Source: Lingula anatina | Taxonomy: Eukaryota > Animalia > Brachiopoda | DNA: 64,000 nucleotides | Direction: 5' to 3' | Assembly (NCBI GenBank): GCA_051362555.1 | Contig: CM120640.1 | Coordinates: forward strand, 66,690,788 to 66,754,787 | In this document: positions 27,701 to 44,824 of the stretch, in pieces | Layout: every line of letters starts with the position of its first letter | Numbering within the stretch: position 1 is the first letter of the stretch | Made by a program: the position numbers and the translations under genes | The notes under the pieces: model-generated | What the model saw: only the letters and a program-made list of their open reading frames with translations | The model's database searches: none | Told to the model about the DNA's origin: nothing

Positions 27701-29749
27701 GGTGCCATTTAAGGAAGCCGTATTGGTAGCTCCTGTAACAGCTATAAATTTAAAAAAAAAAAAAAACACTATTTTTCAGTTTCACCCTAGAGGCCTGGGT
27801 GCTCCTGTCTTCAGGCTACCCCAGTGGTAAGCTCCCTATCCTGTGTACACTGGACAGTATACTGTGTATGTATGTGGAAGGAGGGGTGTTGAAGGGCACT
27901 GTGGGTACCACCACTGCAGTGGGGAGCAATGTTCTACCTGATAGCTACTGGAACCATCTGCTCATGAGATATGATGCACAGTGTGAGTTGTCTCTTTTCT
28001 GATCAGTTCATTTTCAGCATTTATATAGATGATTGTGAAAAACTTTCTCTTATTAATTCTGATGTGCAATTAGAAACTGATCATTCAATCCACCAATAGA
28101 CTTACTGATAAAGAAGTAATAAGTACTTTTAACTACTTATAATTAAAATTATAATTTTTGGAGTACTGATTTGTTTTATAAATAAGCATATGGTTGGCAT
28201 TTAAAAATTATACTAGTAATTCTTCTTTTGATTTTAGCATGGACACTATCTTTGTTCATCAATGGAACTACTTCTCCTAACCCTGAGGCAGAGGTGACAA
28301 ACATTGAGCCAGTTACATGGGTGGGTACTTATATGTAGCAATTACAGTACTATTTACGTAATACTTTTTCATGAACTGTCTGTTTAACTGTAACTGAAGT
28401 TTGAAATTCCTTTAAAATATCAAGACATTTTTATAGGCTTTGTAACATAATTTTATACAAGATGCTGCTTAGAATTAATGCTGAAAATGATAATGATTAC
28501 ATCATAAAGAGAGTTTGTTTTGGTACTTCAGGCTATCTACAACACTACAGGAGCTACTGATATCTACCTTGGAAGAGATAGGAATAGTTATTTTGCAGGC
28601 ATTCTAGATGAGGTAATTATCTCCACCAAGGAGGTGATGTTTTCATCCCAGTTTGTCTGTTTATTTGTCACCAGCCTAACTAAAAAACTTATACAAACTA
28701 TACTATATATATTGGTGAATTTTTCAAGACAGGCCACCAGTGGTCTAATATAAGTGAATTGATTTTGGTGATGATCTATTAATTACTTTTTAGTTTATTA
28801 TTTGTCTTGGCAGAGGCCTGCACTCTCAGAGTGTTTTTGTAGTTTTACCTATTTAAAAATAACTGCATATATAAAGTGAACACTATACAGCTGTCTTTTG
28901 CATAATTGTAAAGAAAGCTATGACTCATATTTCTAGCTATAGAGATAAGCAAAATTATGAACTAAAAGGTGAGTTCATAACCATCTATTAGTTCCATATC
29001 GTTGCTCTGGAATGGATTACACAGCTAATTAATCAATTGGTGTTACAGATCCGTATCTATGACATCGTGATCCCAGACTCGGAGCTAGGTGCTCACCTCC
29101 AGGAGGCTGGTCTAGTCTGGCAGAGACACCAGGGCTACATCAACATCCACTACACCATGGACAGTAACACTGACACCTCCATCTTACAGGACCATGGCCT
29201 GCTGGGGATAAATGGAGTGGTCAGTGGAAACCCCTTGTTTGTGGATGTAAGTGGATTATAGTAGGGATTTACGTTTATATATAATGGAGATAAAGTTATA
29301 TGACATCAAAACTTGTTTTGGAATGTTACTCAAGCAATAACCTATTTAAAGGTACATACGAACCGAGCATCGGTGGAGCGTGGACTCCCAGTAACACATG
29401 TAAACCACTTCTACTAGATTCTTGTATGACTAAAATAAATTTGACATGCCAAGGGATAATCTGAATAGATCACTCGATCAGCCATTAAAGACCTTTAGAC
29501 TGCTCCTTTCTTTAAATTTTTGATTGTAAATTTAACCTACTTTCGTGACATACTTTCCCGCCCCATTGACATACAGCTTAGAATGCCAGCAGAAAAATCC
29601 GTTCAAACATCATTTTTGGGTAAAATTAAACAATGCCTTTTGGTAATTCTCTTAGTTATACTACTTGAAACTATATGCTGGCATTAGGTTGGTTTTTGTG
29701 ACAAAAAATTGACTTTGTATGCATCTTTAAGCACTTCCAAACTCTGCAT

Positions 29750-29793
<44 letters not shown>

Positions 29794-29997
29794 TGATGTG
29801 CAAAAATTAACTCTCAGGGTTTTTGCCGGTATATCGCCTTCTCAAATGAATTTATCAAATTAGATTAAATGTTGTCTTTGCAGAGCATGCTCGATCACGG
29901 TCGCTTTCAGCTCACATATCCATCAAACAGAAGGCGAAGGCGGAGAAGTTTGGATGAAAATGGCCACCTTGAAAAAAGTCGCCATGAAGAACTTTGA
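2648..29997 (+). CDS. Mega-thrombospondin-type multidomain protein (5' end not identified, probably upstream of the window); about 46 coding exons
   Basis: Phase-compatible exons give, in order: phase-2 LRR exons 2648-7928; LRRCT (NPLSCDC) at 8180; FN3-like 8941-9619; fibro-slime/PA14 9958-16380; cadherin repeats (LDYE, DVNDNCP, DGGTPPR) 16400-18170; F5/8 discoidin ([31 protein letters not shown]) 18432-19361; Cys-rich CxxGxY repeats 19834-20824; Ca-EGF (DIDEC, DVDEC) 21635-23600; TSP type-3 repeats (DNC...N.DQ.D.D.DG.GDACD) 24082-25990; TSP C-terminal L-lectin ([34 protein letters not shown]) 26000-27460; LamG-like ([22 protein letters not shown]) 27470-29246; last exon 29884-29997. Confidence 0.9.
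4088..4235. mobile_element. Short MITE remnant
   Basis: Imperfect inverted ends caggctcgtaggcag / ctggctataagggcctg, with internal hairpin ggagggttcgaacaaacctcc. Confidence 0.5.
6857..7070. mobile_element. Palindromic MITE, internally deleted relative of the copy at 54114-54361
   Basis: Inverted ends cattcccataga...taggtcgatc / gatcgatctaatttctgggaatg. Shares tttagcgtgaacc.ccagggagtt.ggtc.atc and agggggtaatta with 54114-54361. Confidence 0.75.
10462..14024. mobile_element. 3.56-kb non-autonomous TIR DNA transposon in a mega-TSP intron (AcademH- or Mutator-like)
   Basis: 32-bp TIRs with 1 mismatch (tggacctaa[a/c]tagagaaggacaagtaacgcgg at 10462-10493 and 13993-14024). Flanking direct repeat tgtatgcatc at 10451-10460 and 14025-14034, with one extra T on the left. 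TG...CA termini. No intact transposase ORF. Confidence 0.9.
12614..13440. repeat. 189-bp tandem repeat, about 4.4 copies, inside the 3.56-kb transposon
   Basis: aattatcattc starts at 12614, 12803, 12992, 13181 and 13368; the central copies are nearly identical. Confidence 0.95.
14960..15937. mobile_element. PIF/Harbinger (Tourist-like) non-autonomous element, 978 bp
   Basis: TIR of about 35 bp, ggccacactttttta[a/t]ttttatggatgacatcct, at both ends; TTA target duplication at 14957-14959 and 15938-15940. Confidence 0.9.
18685..18773. repeat. (TA)n microsatellite of about 44 units, ending 18 bp before a splice acceptor
   Basis: Uninterrupted TA run. Shorter (TA)n runs occur near 3656, 29753, 45274 and 63957, and a (GT)n run near 33087. 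Confidence 0.97.
20210..20308. repeat. Intronic 50-bp direct duplication (2 copies)
   Basis: atgccatgatgttaaatgtttaaatattt(t)nctttgcatggacaaagt at 20211 and 20261. Confidence 0.9.
20776..21293 (+). repeat. 51-bp minisatellite, 10 copies, spanning an exon end and its splice donor
   Basis: The unit gactggtgtcctacaggaatgtatgcagtgggtaagtctatagacag[a/t]tgt starts at 20794, 20845, 20896, 20947, 20998, 21049, 21100, 21151, 21202 and 21253, and translates as [17 protein letters not shown]. Confidence 0.98.
23129..23467. mobile_element. Kolobok-type MITE (copy 1)
   Basis: ttaa|agggaaaataactcttc ... gaagagttattatccct|ttaa: TTAA duplication with AGGG...CCCT ends. A near-identical inverted copy lies at 52061-52401. 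Confidence 0.9.
23760..23935 (+). mobile_element. Possible RTE-type LINE 3' fragment
   Basis: The broken translation [14 protein letters not shown]...QDREMWRT*...EQGP* resembles the GKR.RGRQR...LD and DR..WR motifs at RTE ORF ends. Highly degenerate. Confidence 0.4.
28617..28845 (+). mobile_element. Helentron-derived HINE/DINE-like short element
   Basis: 5' ttatctccaccaaggaggtgatgttttc, then a gtttgtctgttt microsatellite-like tract, the inverted subterminal repeat cttggcagagg, a 3' stem-loop cactctcagagtg, and a tagtt end. Confidence 0.65.
29350..29726. mobile_element. Kolobok-type MITE (older, different family) in the last mega-TSP intron
   Basis: ttaa|aggtacatac ... gtatgcatct|ttaa: TTAA on both sides with imperfect TIRs. 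Confidence 0.65.
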
Positions 29998-31967
29998 AAA
30001 TAGGAGACAATTTGAAGCTGTTTGGCTTTTTGTCATCAACACTGATCACCTCTGATTAAATATTTGTTATGGTTGTTTATATTTTCATATGTTGGTCTTA
30101 CAAAAGCATTCTGATGGTCTTCATGCTGGCCATGGGTATAGCTTTATATTGCAGTAGCATTTGAATATGTTACAGCAGCCATTGTCTGGTGGCAGCTTGT
30201 CTGTTTAGCAGGACTGTGATACATTTTCTGCCATACAAAAAAAAAAAAACATATATATACATATATAGTGTCAGTAAGGAACAAGATTATTTTTTGGTGT
30301 GATCTTATGAAAAATCTCTGTTAGTGAATATTAAAGGTTTGTAAAAGCATTTAGTATATAGATAAACACAATGCAGAAATTCACCAAAAACTTTTGAAAT
30401 GACCAGAACTTTATTTCTTTTTATGTTTTATGCTGGCTAATGTTCCAAGTGGCAAACAGTAATTTTTCTGTCCTTTCTCACACACACTGGGAGCTTGAAG
30501 AAACCAGTCATCCAGACGAAAATTGCCATCCAAAAAAAGAACAACTAGCTTAATATTTACAGATTGTATCCAGATTTTACTTTTATTATCTCCGTCCAAG
30601 TCTTATTTTATAGAAGAGTAACTGGTACAAGCATTTAAAACATTATAACTGAACTGATGCACTTCAATGGGCTGGTCTCCCTTTTTGATCTGAAATGTTT
30701 TTATTGTAGCATATACCATGTTTTGTATATATTTGCTTGATGCAAATGTCTGAATGATAAGAATGTTTTAATCAAATAAAATATACATTCAAAAATGACA
30801 GAAATTCTAGTTATTAAGTTTCAAATTTCGTTTCAAAGGTCTGATTATTTTCCAGTTAGAGAATATACATGTCACAATGGAGATGCCAATTTAGGCATTA
30901 AACATTAATTTCTCTGAATCATCACTACCCTGGACATCCACTATGAAGCAGGTGAAGACAATGCAAGCAAAAGGTTGGGAGCAGTCCTCCACTTTCCAGA
31001 AGTAGGAGACGAAGTCCTAAACCCCCCTTCCATTCTTGCATGTCAAACACAAGACTAGGCAAAAGCATAAACTAGTGGTGTACACTTGACTTCTTATATA
31101 AATAAAATATTTAACATATCTATAAATCTATATATACATGTATCATTCACAAAGTAATCAAAGCATAAATAACACAGCCTCAACTTCTTTACAATCACAG
31201 TTAAGCTTCAGCATAAGTTATCATTGTAATAATACAAAGCAGATAATATGCACCTGCCAAATTGCTGTTCATCTATTGGAATTTTAATCTAAGAATTTAA
31301 TACTCAAACGAAGATAATATAATTTTCAAGGCATTGTTCCCACTATCGCATTATAAAATTTGACAAAATAAAAATGAAAAAAAAAAAAAAAAAAAATACT
31401 CAATATTACACATAACAGCAGGTGCATAGCATTCCAATCATTAAACACATACATGTGGGTAGAGAGCACAATATTTTACAATTCTTTGTAGATCTCGTCT
31501 TTCTCAACCTACAAAATCTAACAAAAAAATTTTTACTTGGAGTCCCTGAATCAAGACCCTTGGACTTCGACATTCTGCATTTTCCTCTTTACATAAATGG
31601 CAGTTGCTCTAGCAAATACTTAGCTGTCTGACTTGTTACATGACCAGCTCATTCATTGGCCATGGGTCATGGACACTCATTTCCCTGCTTCGTTGAAGAT
31701 CATTGGTATCAATTGCAATGCTGGTTCCTTGTCCTGTTATATTTTAATTAAGGTCAGTATTATATGTATTTTTTTTCTTCTTATGTATATTTCTCTATTA
31801 AAATCATATTCCTCATATCTTTAATCTGCCTCCACAAAAAAGATTTCTGGTATGACAATTAAGCATTTTGATCATAGAATATAATCTTCCACATAAAAAA
31901 ACTGAGACTGATGTACAGGGTAGACTGGTAAGTGGATGAAACCATGCCAATGTCTTTCTGTCCCTCT

Positions 31968-37416
<5,449 letters not shown>

Positions 37417-38273
37417 GATTGCAGCTACTATAATTCAAAATAAAATAAATTAACACAGATTAAGCATCTTTTGTTAAGAATTGTTCATCAAAATAAATTC
37501 TGGTATAGAGATCTAAACCACTGAAGGTATTTTATATGCAATTTCCATACCAATTCTTAATTTTCTTTGAGAAAAAAATTATCTTACTCTAAAATCATCG
37601 CTCAACCAATCCCTGCACTTGGATGTTTTGCTCTTTTTTCTAATTAAATAATAAATGATGATTCAGTTAGAAATTTATATCTTCTTAACATTTAAGAAGG
37701 AATTCTCATTCCCAGACTATATATATATATATACACACAACATTGGCCCTTTTCTGAAGATCTTTTTAATATTATGTAACACTAAAATATATTACATTGT
37801 TAATGTCAATAATGGTTCGAACATGGATAACCATTTAACAAGCATTGGCACACCTTAGGGCATATAAATTTTCAATTTCTTTTTATATGCCATCACATGG
37901 CTGACATGTATCTTACTGTTTCTGACACCATTCAATATTTGCTTTACTCACAAATACATTATGCAATTTACTGTAATTGAAAGTGCATTTGAAGTTGACA
38001 GTTTTTGGCTTCAAAACCACCGAATCCTATTCACTTCAGTTTTACCTGTCCACTACTTTGTATTTATTTCCACTGTGCAGTGCAAAGAGTAAATTTAGAA
38101 TGACAGCACGAAGAGGTTAAATAAGGTCGTGATACATCCGTGCACTCACAGAGGTAAAACGCCGACAGTGACCTTAAAGCAATCGTTTGGTTAAGATCAA
38201 AATGCATGAGCACTATAAACGGGTGTGGTACAAGGCTCAATAAAAACATGAACAATAATTAACCACTTACCAT

Positions 38274-38551
38274 TTAGCTCCTAGTTTGGAATAGAATACA
38301 CTGAATAAATTCACATCCCATATCGGATGCATTCAAAGGTGGAAGTGGCGCGTCTTGGCCATTTAATCTTAGAATGCTGGGATTTGAAAAGGTTGGAAGT
38401 AATGTCAAAATTTAAAGAAAATACTGCAAAAATAAACTATAAACTTTTCATGTGATCAAATATGCGTACCTTTTATACTGTAGGTTTTTCTGTTATTTAT
38501 ATATTTTGCTTTAGCTGTCTTAACTTTGCACGAGAATTAGCGAGATGTGAC
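38274..38551. promoter_or_regulatory. Putative bidirectional promoter region, LETM1 / Pol X
   Basis: The LETM1 5' exon donor at 38270 (-) and the Pol X ATG at 38552 (+) are about 280 bp apart. The region retains CpG and has GGAAGT at 38341, GCCAT at 38358 and CATGGCGG at 38551. Confidence 0.6.
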
Positions 38552-41500
38552 ATGGCGGGTTACTCAAATAAGGAAACAGAAGAGGGTGTGGGTTTATTAT
38601 CTGGGGGAGATCGAAAGAACGATACCTTAGTTTTTGTCGTACCACATAAGATTGGTAAAGTTCGATATGACATTTTGAAAAGTGCAAGTGAGAAAAATAA
38701 AATTTGTACGACAAAAACGTTTAGGTAAGCGCACTCTCTGCTAAACTGCATCGCCATCGTCTCTCACTGCTTTCATTGTCATAGCACGAAAATTCATGCG
38801 TTAGCACTCCTATTGACGATTCTGTATGAGCACAGACAGTACGTATCAGAATCGTCAATAGGAGTGCTAACGCATGAATTTTCTTGCTATCATTGTCAGT
38901 GCCAACCCCCCCCCCCCCCCCTTTGACGGTCTTTCATATGTACCATCTGTCGCACACTGCTGCATTGCAACCATTGGCCTGCAAACCATCATGTTAAGAC
39001 GGGGGAAGAGAAGGACTGCGACCGAACCCATTGTGATGTTATTGATAAATAGCAGAGCAGAAAATTATCAAAACGCAATCTAATTTTTTGCAGATAGAAT
39101 ACATTCACGCCTCCCGTTTTCATGCTTTCAGCTCCCATGTTACACATGTTGTGACAGAATGTTCTTCAAAGGCTCAGTTATTTAGGCTAATGAAGTGGAC
39201 GGAAGGAAGTCCTTTGTACAGGAGTGCCAGATATTTGAAGTTGTCTTGGCTCACAGACAGCATCAAAAACAAGAGCCCAGTGGAAATAGTGAATTGTCAC
39301 TTGCTCTCTGATGATGAATTGGTAAAAAGCTTACAATGTTGATGGCATCAGTATGCACAGAACTCTCAGATTTTTCTTTGTTCAGTGTAAATGTAGAATC
39401 AATAAACTTCATATGCATATAATGGGTTCAGGTAGTGAATTGACCATTTCCCAGTTTCCTTGATCAGATATATTAGATTTGTATTTTAAGACTTTGCGTC
39501 AAAAATTTTTATTGTAGGAAGGAATATATATCATGCTCTGTGTCTGACTTACAAGTTAATATTTACACATATTTGTGTTTTACAAATACGCATGCACACA
39601 CACACTAGTCTCCATATTTCCACAGGCAGAAAAGTTTTGGATTTATTATCATGTCTAGTTCTTGATTTCTAGGAATCAAAATGCCAAGAATTACATGCTG
39701 CTAAAGAGGAGAGCAAATTAGTGTCCAAATATGAGTGCCAGCGGTCTACTCCTCTTCATCACCAAAATGAAAACTTAACTGTAAGTTTCGGGTAAAGATT
39801 TTTCACAAAAAAATTATCAGTTTAATTGAAAAATTGATGTTTTCAAAATAAAAGGATTTCATAACTCGATATGTCTGTATATGTAATGCTTGTAGAATAT
39901 AGTGTTAAACAAAATAGGTTTACAACTGAATATTTCAAACAAACATTTTACATGGTTTACAAGATTTCACATCCATATTACAAAACTTTTCTTAATAAAT
40001 TTCCTTTATTAGAATTTGTCTTTATACTTTCTAGGATGCATTAAGTGCTGTTGAAGAAGAGGCAGAAATACTAGACAGAAAGGAAGACTATTCCAGAGCT
40101 TTAGCATTTTGTAAAGCAGCATGTTCACTGAAATGCCTGACAAAGCCAGTCAGTAGCATACAGGACATAAAAGGTCTTCCAAATATAGGAGATCACAGTA
40201 GAGATATCATAAAAGTAAGTTATGGGAACAGATCTTAGATTAATACTTGTTTATAAAAGATTGTTGAATGCTCTGTATTGAAGTTATGAATTTATGATGT
40301 TTCTATAATACTTTCTGAATTGTATTTTCATATGTTTTTCCATAATACAAATCATTTTGAGCTAGTTACATGGTATTATATATTATAGCAGCCTTGTAAA
40401 AGACTAAATAAGAAAAAATTGCAAGTTTTTTAGTATATATTTCATCAGCAAATTAAGAATATTTTGTAGTTGGTTTCTCTTAAATGTTTTTTTTTTTTCT
40501 TTTTCAGGAAATATTGGAAAATGGCTTCAGCAGAGAAGTTGAAAGAATAAAGAATGACCATTCACTTCAGAAAAAGAAGGTATAATTAGTAAATACAGAA
40601 TCACACAGCAAAGTTTACATTTGTGATTCAGTATTTGTTCTGTTCTTCATTTATATAGTCTGTATAAGTGTTCAGTTTATATATATATATTTATACGTGT
40701 TTCAAGTGCAGAATGTGTTGGGTATTTTTGTCACTCAGACATTATATCTAGCTCTGAGAAAAGTGTAGATGCTGAATAATACCTTTGTCTGTAGATGTTT
40801 ATGAGTATATATGGTGTTGGCCCATCAACAGCAAGGAAGTGGGTTGATGTCCTACAGCTTGCCACAATAGAAGATGTCATAAACTGTCCTAGCATCAATC
40901 CTAGAAAAGAAGCCAGACTTGCGTATGGTAAACATTTTTTTTTGTTGGAACCACTACATTAAAAACTTTTTTCTACAGATTGGTAACAATTTATGTTTTT
41001 TTATATTGATACTTGTCTAATGAGGAGTAGAAAATAAGTTAATACGCCACCTTCATATTTTTTATTAACTCTATAACAAAATAGTTGTAAGAAAAAAAAG
41101 CATATCAATATTTTATATCATGTGACATAGTTTTCAATTTTGAGATAGAAGATGTCTTAAACATTACTTTATAACTGAATATTAAATATATTTAGGAATC
41201 GCTTTCCATGAGGATCTTAAACAACAAGTCGGCAGAACCACGGCAATGAGAATAAGAGATATTGTCCACAATGAATTAAAGACTTTAGATGGTGAAGTTA
41301 CAGTGGAAGTTACTGGAGGATTTAGAAGGTATCGCTGAAAATCCTTTAATAAAGAACTAACTCTAAATGAATTAAAGCTATGTCGGTATGAACTTACATT
41401 GTATTATGTTTTTGGAACTTCAACGGATAAACTTTTTGTGATCTCAATCTGTTGATAAATGTTGCATTCATGTTGTATATCCAGAGGGAAGCAGTTTGGT

Positions 41501-44500
41501 CATGATGTGGATCTGTTGATATCTCACCCAGTAGAAGGAAGGGAGACTGGACTATTACAGAAACTAATTCACAGATTGAACAGTAAAGGATTGATATTAC
41601 ATGGTGTCATGGAGGAAAGCACCTTCTCAGAGGAGATGCTGAGTAAAAGCTCAAAACTTACTCCAAAAGGACAATTAGACCATTTTGAAAAGTGGATTGG
41701 AATTATGAAATTTCCAAAAAACCTTGAAACAACCCCTCAGGACAGTGTTAGGGACAGAAAAGAAACAATCAAGGATGAATTCAAGGAAGAAGGAAAGAAA
41801 AGAATAAAGTTAGATCACAGTTTGACTGTAACTGATCATAATCATATAGGTTCGGGACTCCAGGAACAGATAAATAAAAGTTTTCAGAAATCCTCGACCT
41901 CATATTCTCCCAGTCCTGCTTCATTACCATCATCAAGTGACTTATCTGAGCTAGTAAAACTGGCCCAATCCGAGCGTGAGTGGAGAGCAAGCCGCGTGGA
42001 CCTTATCATAGCTCCAGCTAGTCAGTATGCCTATGCCTTGGTTGGTTGGACAGGCAGCAAGATGTTCAACAGATCTCTAAGGCTGTATGCACAGAGAGAG
42101 CTGGATATGAAGCTCACCAGCCATGGACTGTTTGATATGAAGCAGGTATAGTATGTATTTGTAAATGAATATGCATTGAGGTATTTAATATACACTAGTT
42201 ACTTAATTTATGGCTCTCTATAAACCTTTTAGCATATTTGTTCACTCTTAACTGTGAAAGTATTTATACCATTCCGTGGCAGGTTTTGCTTGATAAAAAT
42301 TGAAATATTTATGTTCAAGTAATGTTTATTTATTTATTTATTTTAAAATTAATTCTAATCATGATGCCTACTTACATGTAGTTCAAATTCATAGACTTAT
42401 ATTAAGAAACAATAGTGCTGTTGTAATTACTTATGTGTATCACATACTGGGAAAGCATGTTGTCTGTTTCCTTTGTGGCTTCTAAGCTTGTTTCCTCCAT
42501 GGTTCTGATAGCAGTTTATAGTAACCTCAAGCTGTTCTGATGTCTGTTCACACAAGAAATACTGTAGACTGTAAAGCTGGCTGACTTGATGAAACAAAAT
42601 ATCTCGGCTAATCTTCTCATGATCTGTACCATGATTTAAAATTACTTTGTGCTTAAGAAGATATTCTTTCAGTATCAGTTCTTTTGTTTTTTCTTTTTAT
42701 TTGAGAAAGCATGTAAGATCTGAAAATCACAATTCTGGGTTGAGAAATAGGCTGCATTTCAAAGCCCCTAGAGTGATGTTTCAGCTTTCTCTAGATAATT
42801 ATGTTTCATAGTTTACAAGGACAAAATGTATATTTAAGAACCAGTTTTAAGTTTATCTGAATACCAATCAGTAGTTGACTCCTTCTGGACAGACCTGTAG
42901 ACACATAAACCACATATCTCTGACCACCTTGGTACCAGATCATTTACTGATAAAATTCTATCCTTTGCATAGGCCTTGATGTAATCTTTTTTTATGCACT
43001 TGCCCTGTCAGGCAAATAAACCTGAAAATTTAGTTGCCCCACTCCAAGATAAAAAAATGGAGGGGAGATCATATCGCTCTCATTGCACTGCACATGTATA
43101 CATTTTGGATTCATTTGAATTGCACACATTATAGCATAGATAATTCACTTGTGGCGCAATAATTTCTTCTAGGTCATACATATAAGTTATAATTTTTTTT
43201 TTTTTCAAATTCAGTAATCTTTCCAATAATAAAAAAAATGATTGAAAGATTTTGCCTTTGTTCTTTCAAGTGATATTATAAAAAGATACAAATGTTTAAA
43301 ACTACAATATTCAAGGAAAGTCGGGTCACCTCACCCTGAGCTTCAGAGATAACTTGACACTAACCTCTTCACTATTAGCCTATCTTCATCGTGTCAAGTT
43401 ACCTCTGACCACATTCGATTGCCTCCGCCGCCCGCCAATCAAATTTAAAGCCCGCACTCAATGACTCATTGAACGATCTAGCCAATGAACGCGAACGAGT
43501 CAAAGCGCGCTTTGTTCAAATCCGGACTAATCAAAGATAAGGCTGAATATCAGGGACTTGCCGTAACCTGTGGGCAGCACGCAAAATACATCATCCCTCA
43601 GTAGATAATTATGCAGGGCATCAAACTGCTCTGGTTTCAATTCCGATATACTCCATGCTTTCTTTGTGTACGGTTATGCACTCAGAACTACTCGGATGTC
43701 TCCGCACTCGACAATAACTATGTTGTTAGTATGGAGCTTGCGGAATCAGCCGAGGATTGCCGATTGACGGTCAACCAATCAGCTTTTTCACCAAACTTTG
43801 GTGAAAAATTTTGAAACATGGATTCGATTGGCTTATATAAACTAGGTCAAACTATTTTCGTCAGAGGTAACTCGACACGATGAAGATAGGCTATAGTGAA
43901 GAGGTTAGTGTCAAGTTATCTCTGAAGCTCAGGGTGGGTCACCTCTTCATTTCCCCACATTTTTGCTAGCCCACTGTCGATACTGGCCCACATCATTATT
44001 TCACCACTTTGTTAATCCCCTATGGTGAAATTATGATATTACCTGCATTTCCCCCCTCAACATCATTTACCTGCATCATTACTGCTCTGTACCATAACAT
44101 TTGCTGATATCATACTCACTGGTTCTAATAAAAGCATTTCCTCAAACTTACATGGCATTAACTTTTGAAAAAATGACAATGAAATGTTGTTTATTCAACA
44201 CATTTCTACTTTATAATATTTTTTATCATGTAAAACAACAAGTCTATGTTGTTTAGAGACTTTTGATTATCAGCTTTTTCACAACTATGTTGACTACAAG
44301 GTAGACAGCTCATAAAATAGACTGTTAGCAAATATGATATTAAGCCTTCAAAATTTCCAACATTTCCCAGTTAAAATTCTGCACTTGCATAATCACAACT
44401 GACTTGCATTACTGACCATGTCTCCATGGTAACCTGAAGTCTGTTAGTTTAATTTTCAAATGATGCACACTTTTGTGATTTTAAGAAGTATTTTATTTAT

Positions 44501-44824
44501 ACCATTCAGTTATTTTAGAACATATGGGGTAATATTCAGTAATAAGATTCTTTCCACTATCGTCAGATTTCCGAGATGTATTTTTGAGATTGATGTAGAG
44601 GGCCCCCTGGATCGTATGCCATATTTTCAGGCTTTTTCACTAAATGGCAGTCTCATCCGTTAATATTGAAAGTGCATCAGTGTATTGAAATTGTTTAGCG
44701 TACACACACATATGCTTGCATATTACTTTCCTTGCAGAGAAAGCCCATTCAAGCCAGCAGTGAGCAGGAAGTCTTTGAGATTTTAAAACTGCAGTACAGA
44801 AATCCAGAAGAGCGTAACTGTTGA
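38552..44824 (+). CDS. POLM: X-family DNA polymerase of the Pol mu/TdT clade with N-terminal BRCT domain; 9 exons
   Basis: Approximate exons: 38552-38725, 39132-39321, 39673-39780, 40035-40214, 40508-40579, 40795-40927, 41196-41328, 41485-42145, 44738-44824. Motifs: VTHVVTE / SWLTDS (BRCT), YECQRSTPL, GLPNIG, YGVGPSTARKW, VTGGFRRGKQFGHDVDLLI, RVDLII, ALVGWTGS, LTSHGLFD, YRNPEERNC*. Likely co-orthologous to POLM and DNTT. Confidence 0.92.
38782..38889. mobile_element. 108-bp hairpin MITE with 9-bp TSD in Pol X intron 1
   Basis: 43-bp arms (tagca[c/a]gaaaattcatgcgttagcactcctattgacgattctg) with 1 mismatch and a 22-nt spacer. tcattgtca is duplicated at 38773-38781 and 38890-38898. TAG...CTA ends. 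Confidence 0.92.
43332..43936. mobile_element. 605-bp MITE with about 77-bp TIRs and 8-bp TSD in the last Pol X intron
   Basis: caccctgagcttcagagataacttgacactaacctcttcactat...gttacctctgac is mirrored at 43860-43936. ggtcacct is duplicated at 43324-43331 and 43937-43944. Superfamily unresolved (hAT, P or Academ). Confidence 0.92.

Noticed and set aside
30000-31960. Possible overlapping 3' UTRs of mega-TSP and LETM1, and the A-run at about 31377
   Set aside because: PolyA-like hexamers are frequent by chance in this AT-rich DNA, the transcript ends cannot be placed, and no retrocopy body or TSD accompanies the A-run.
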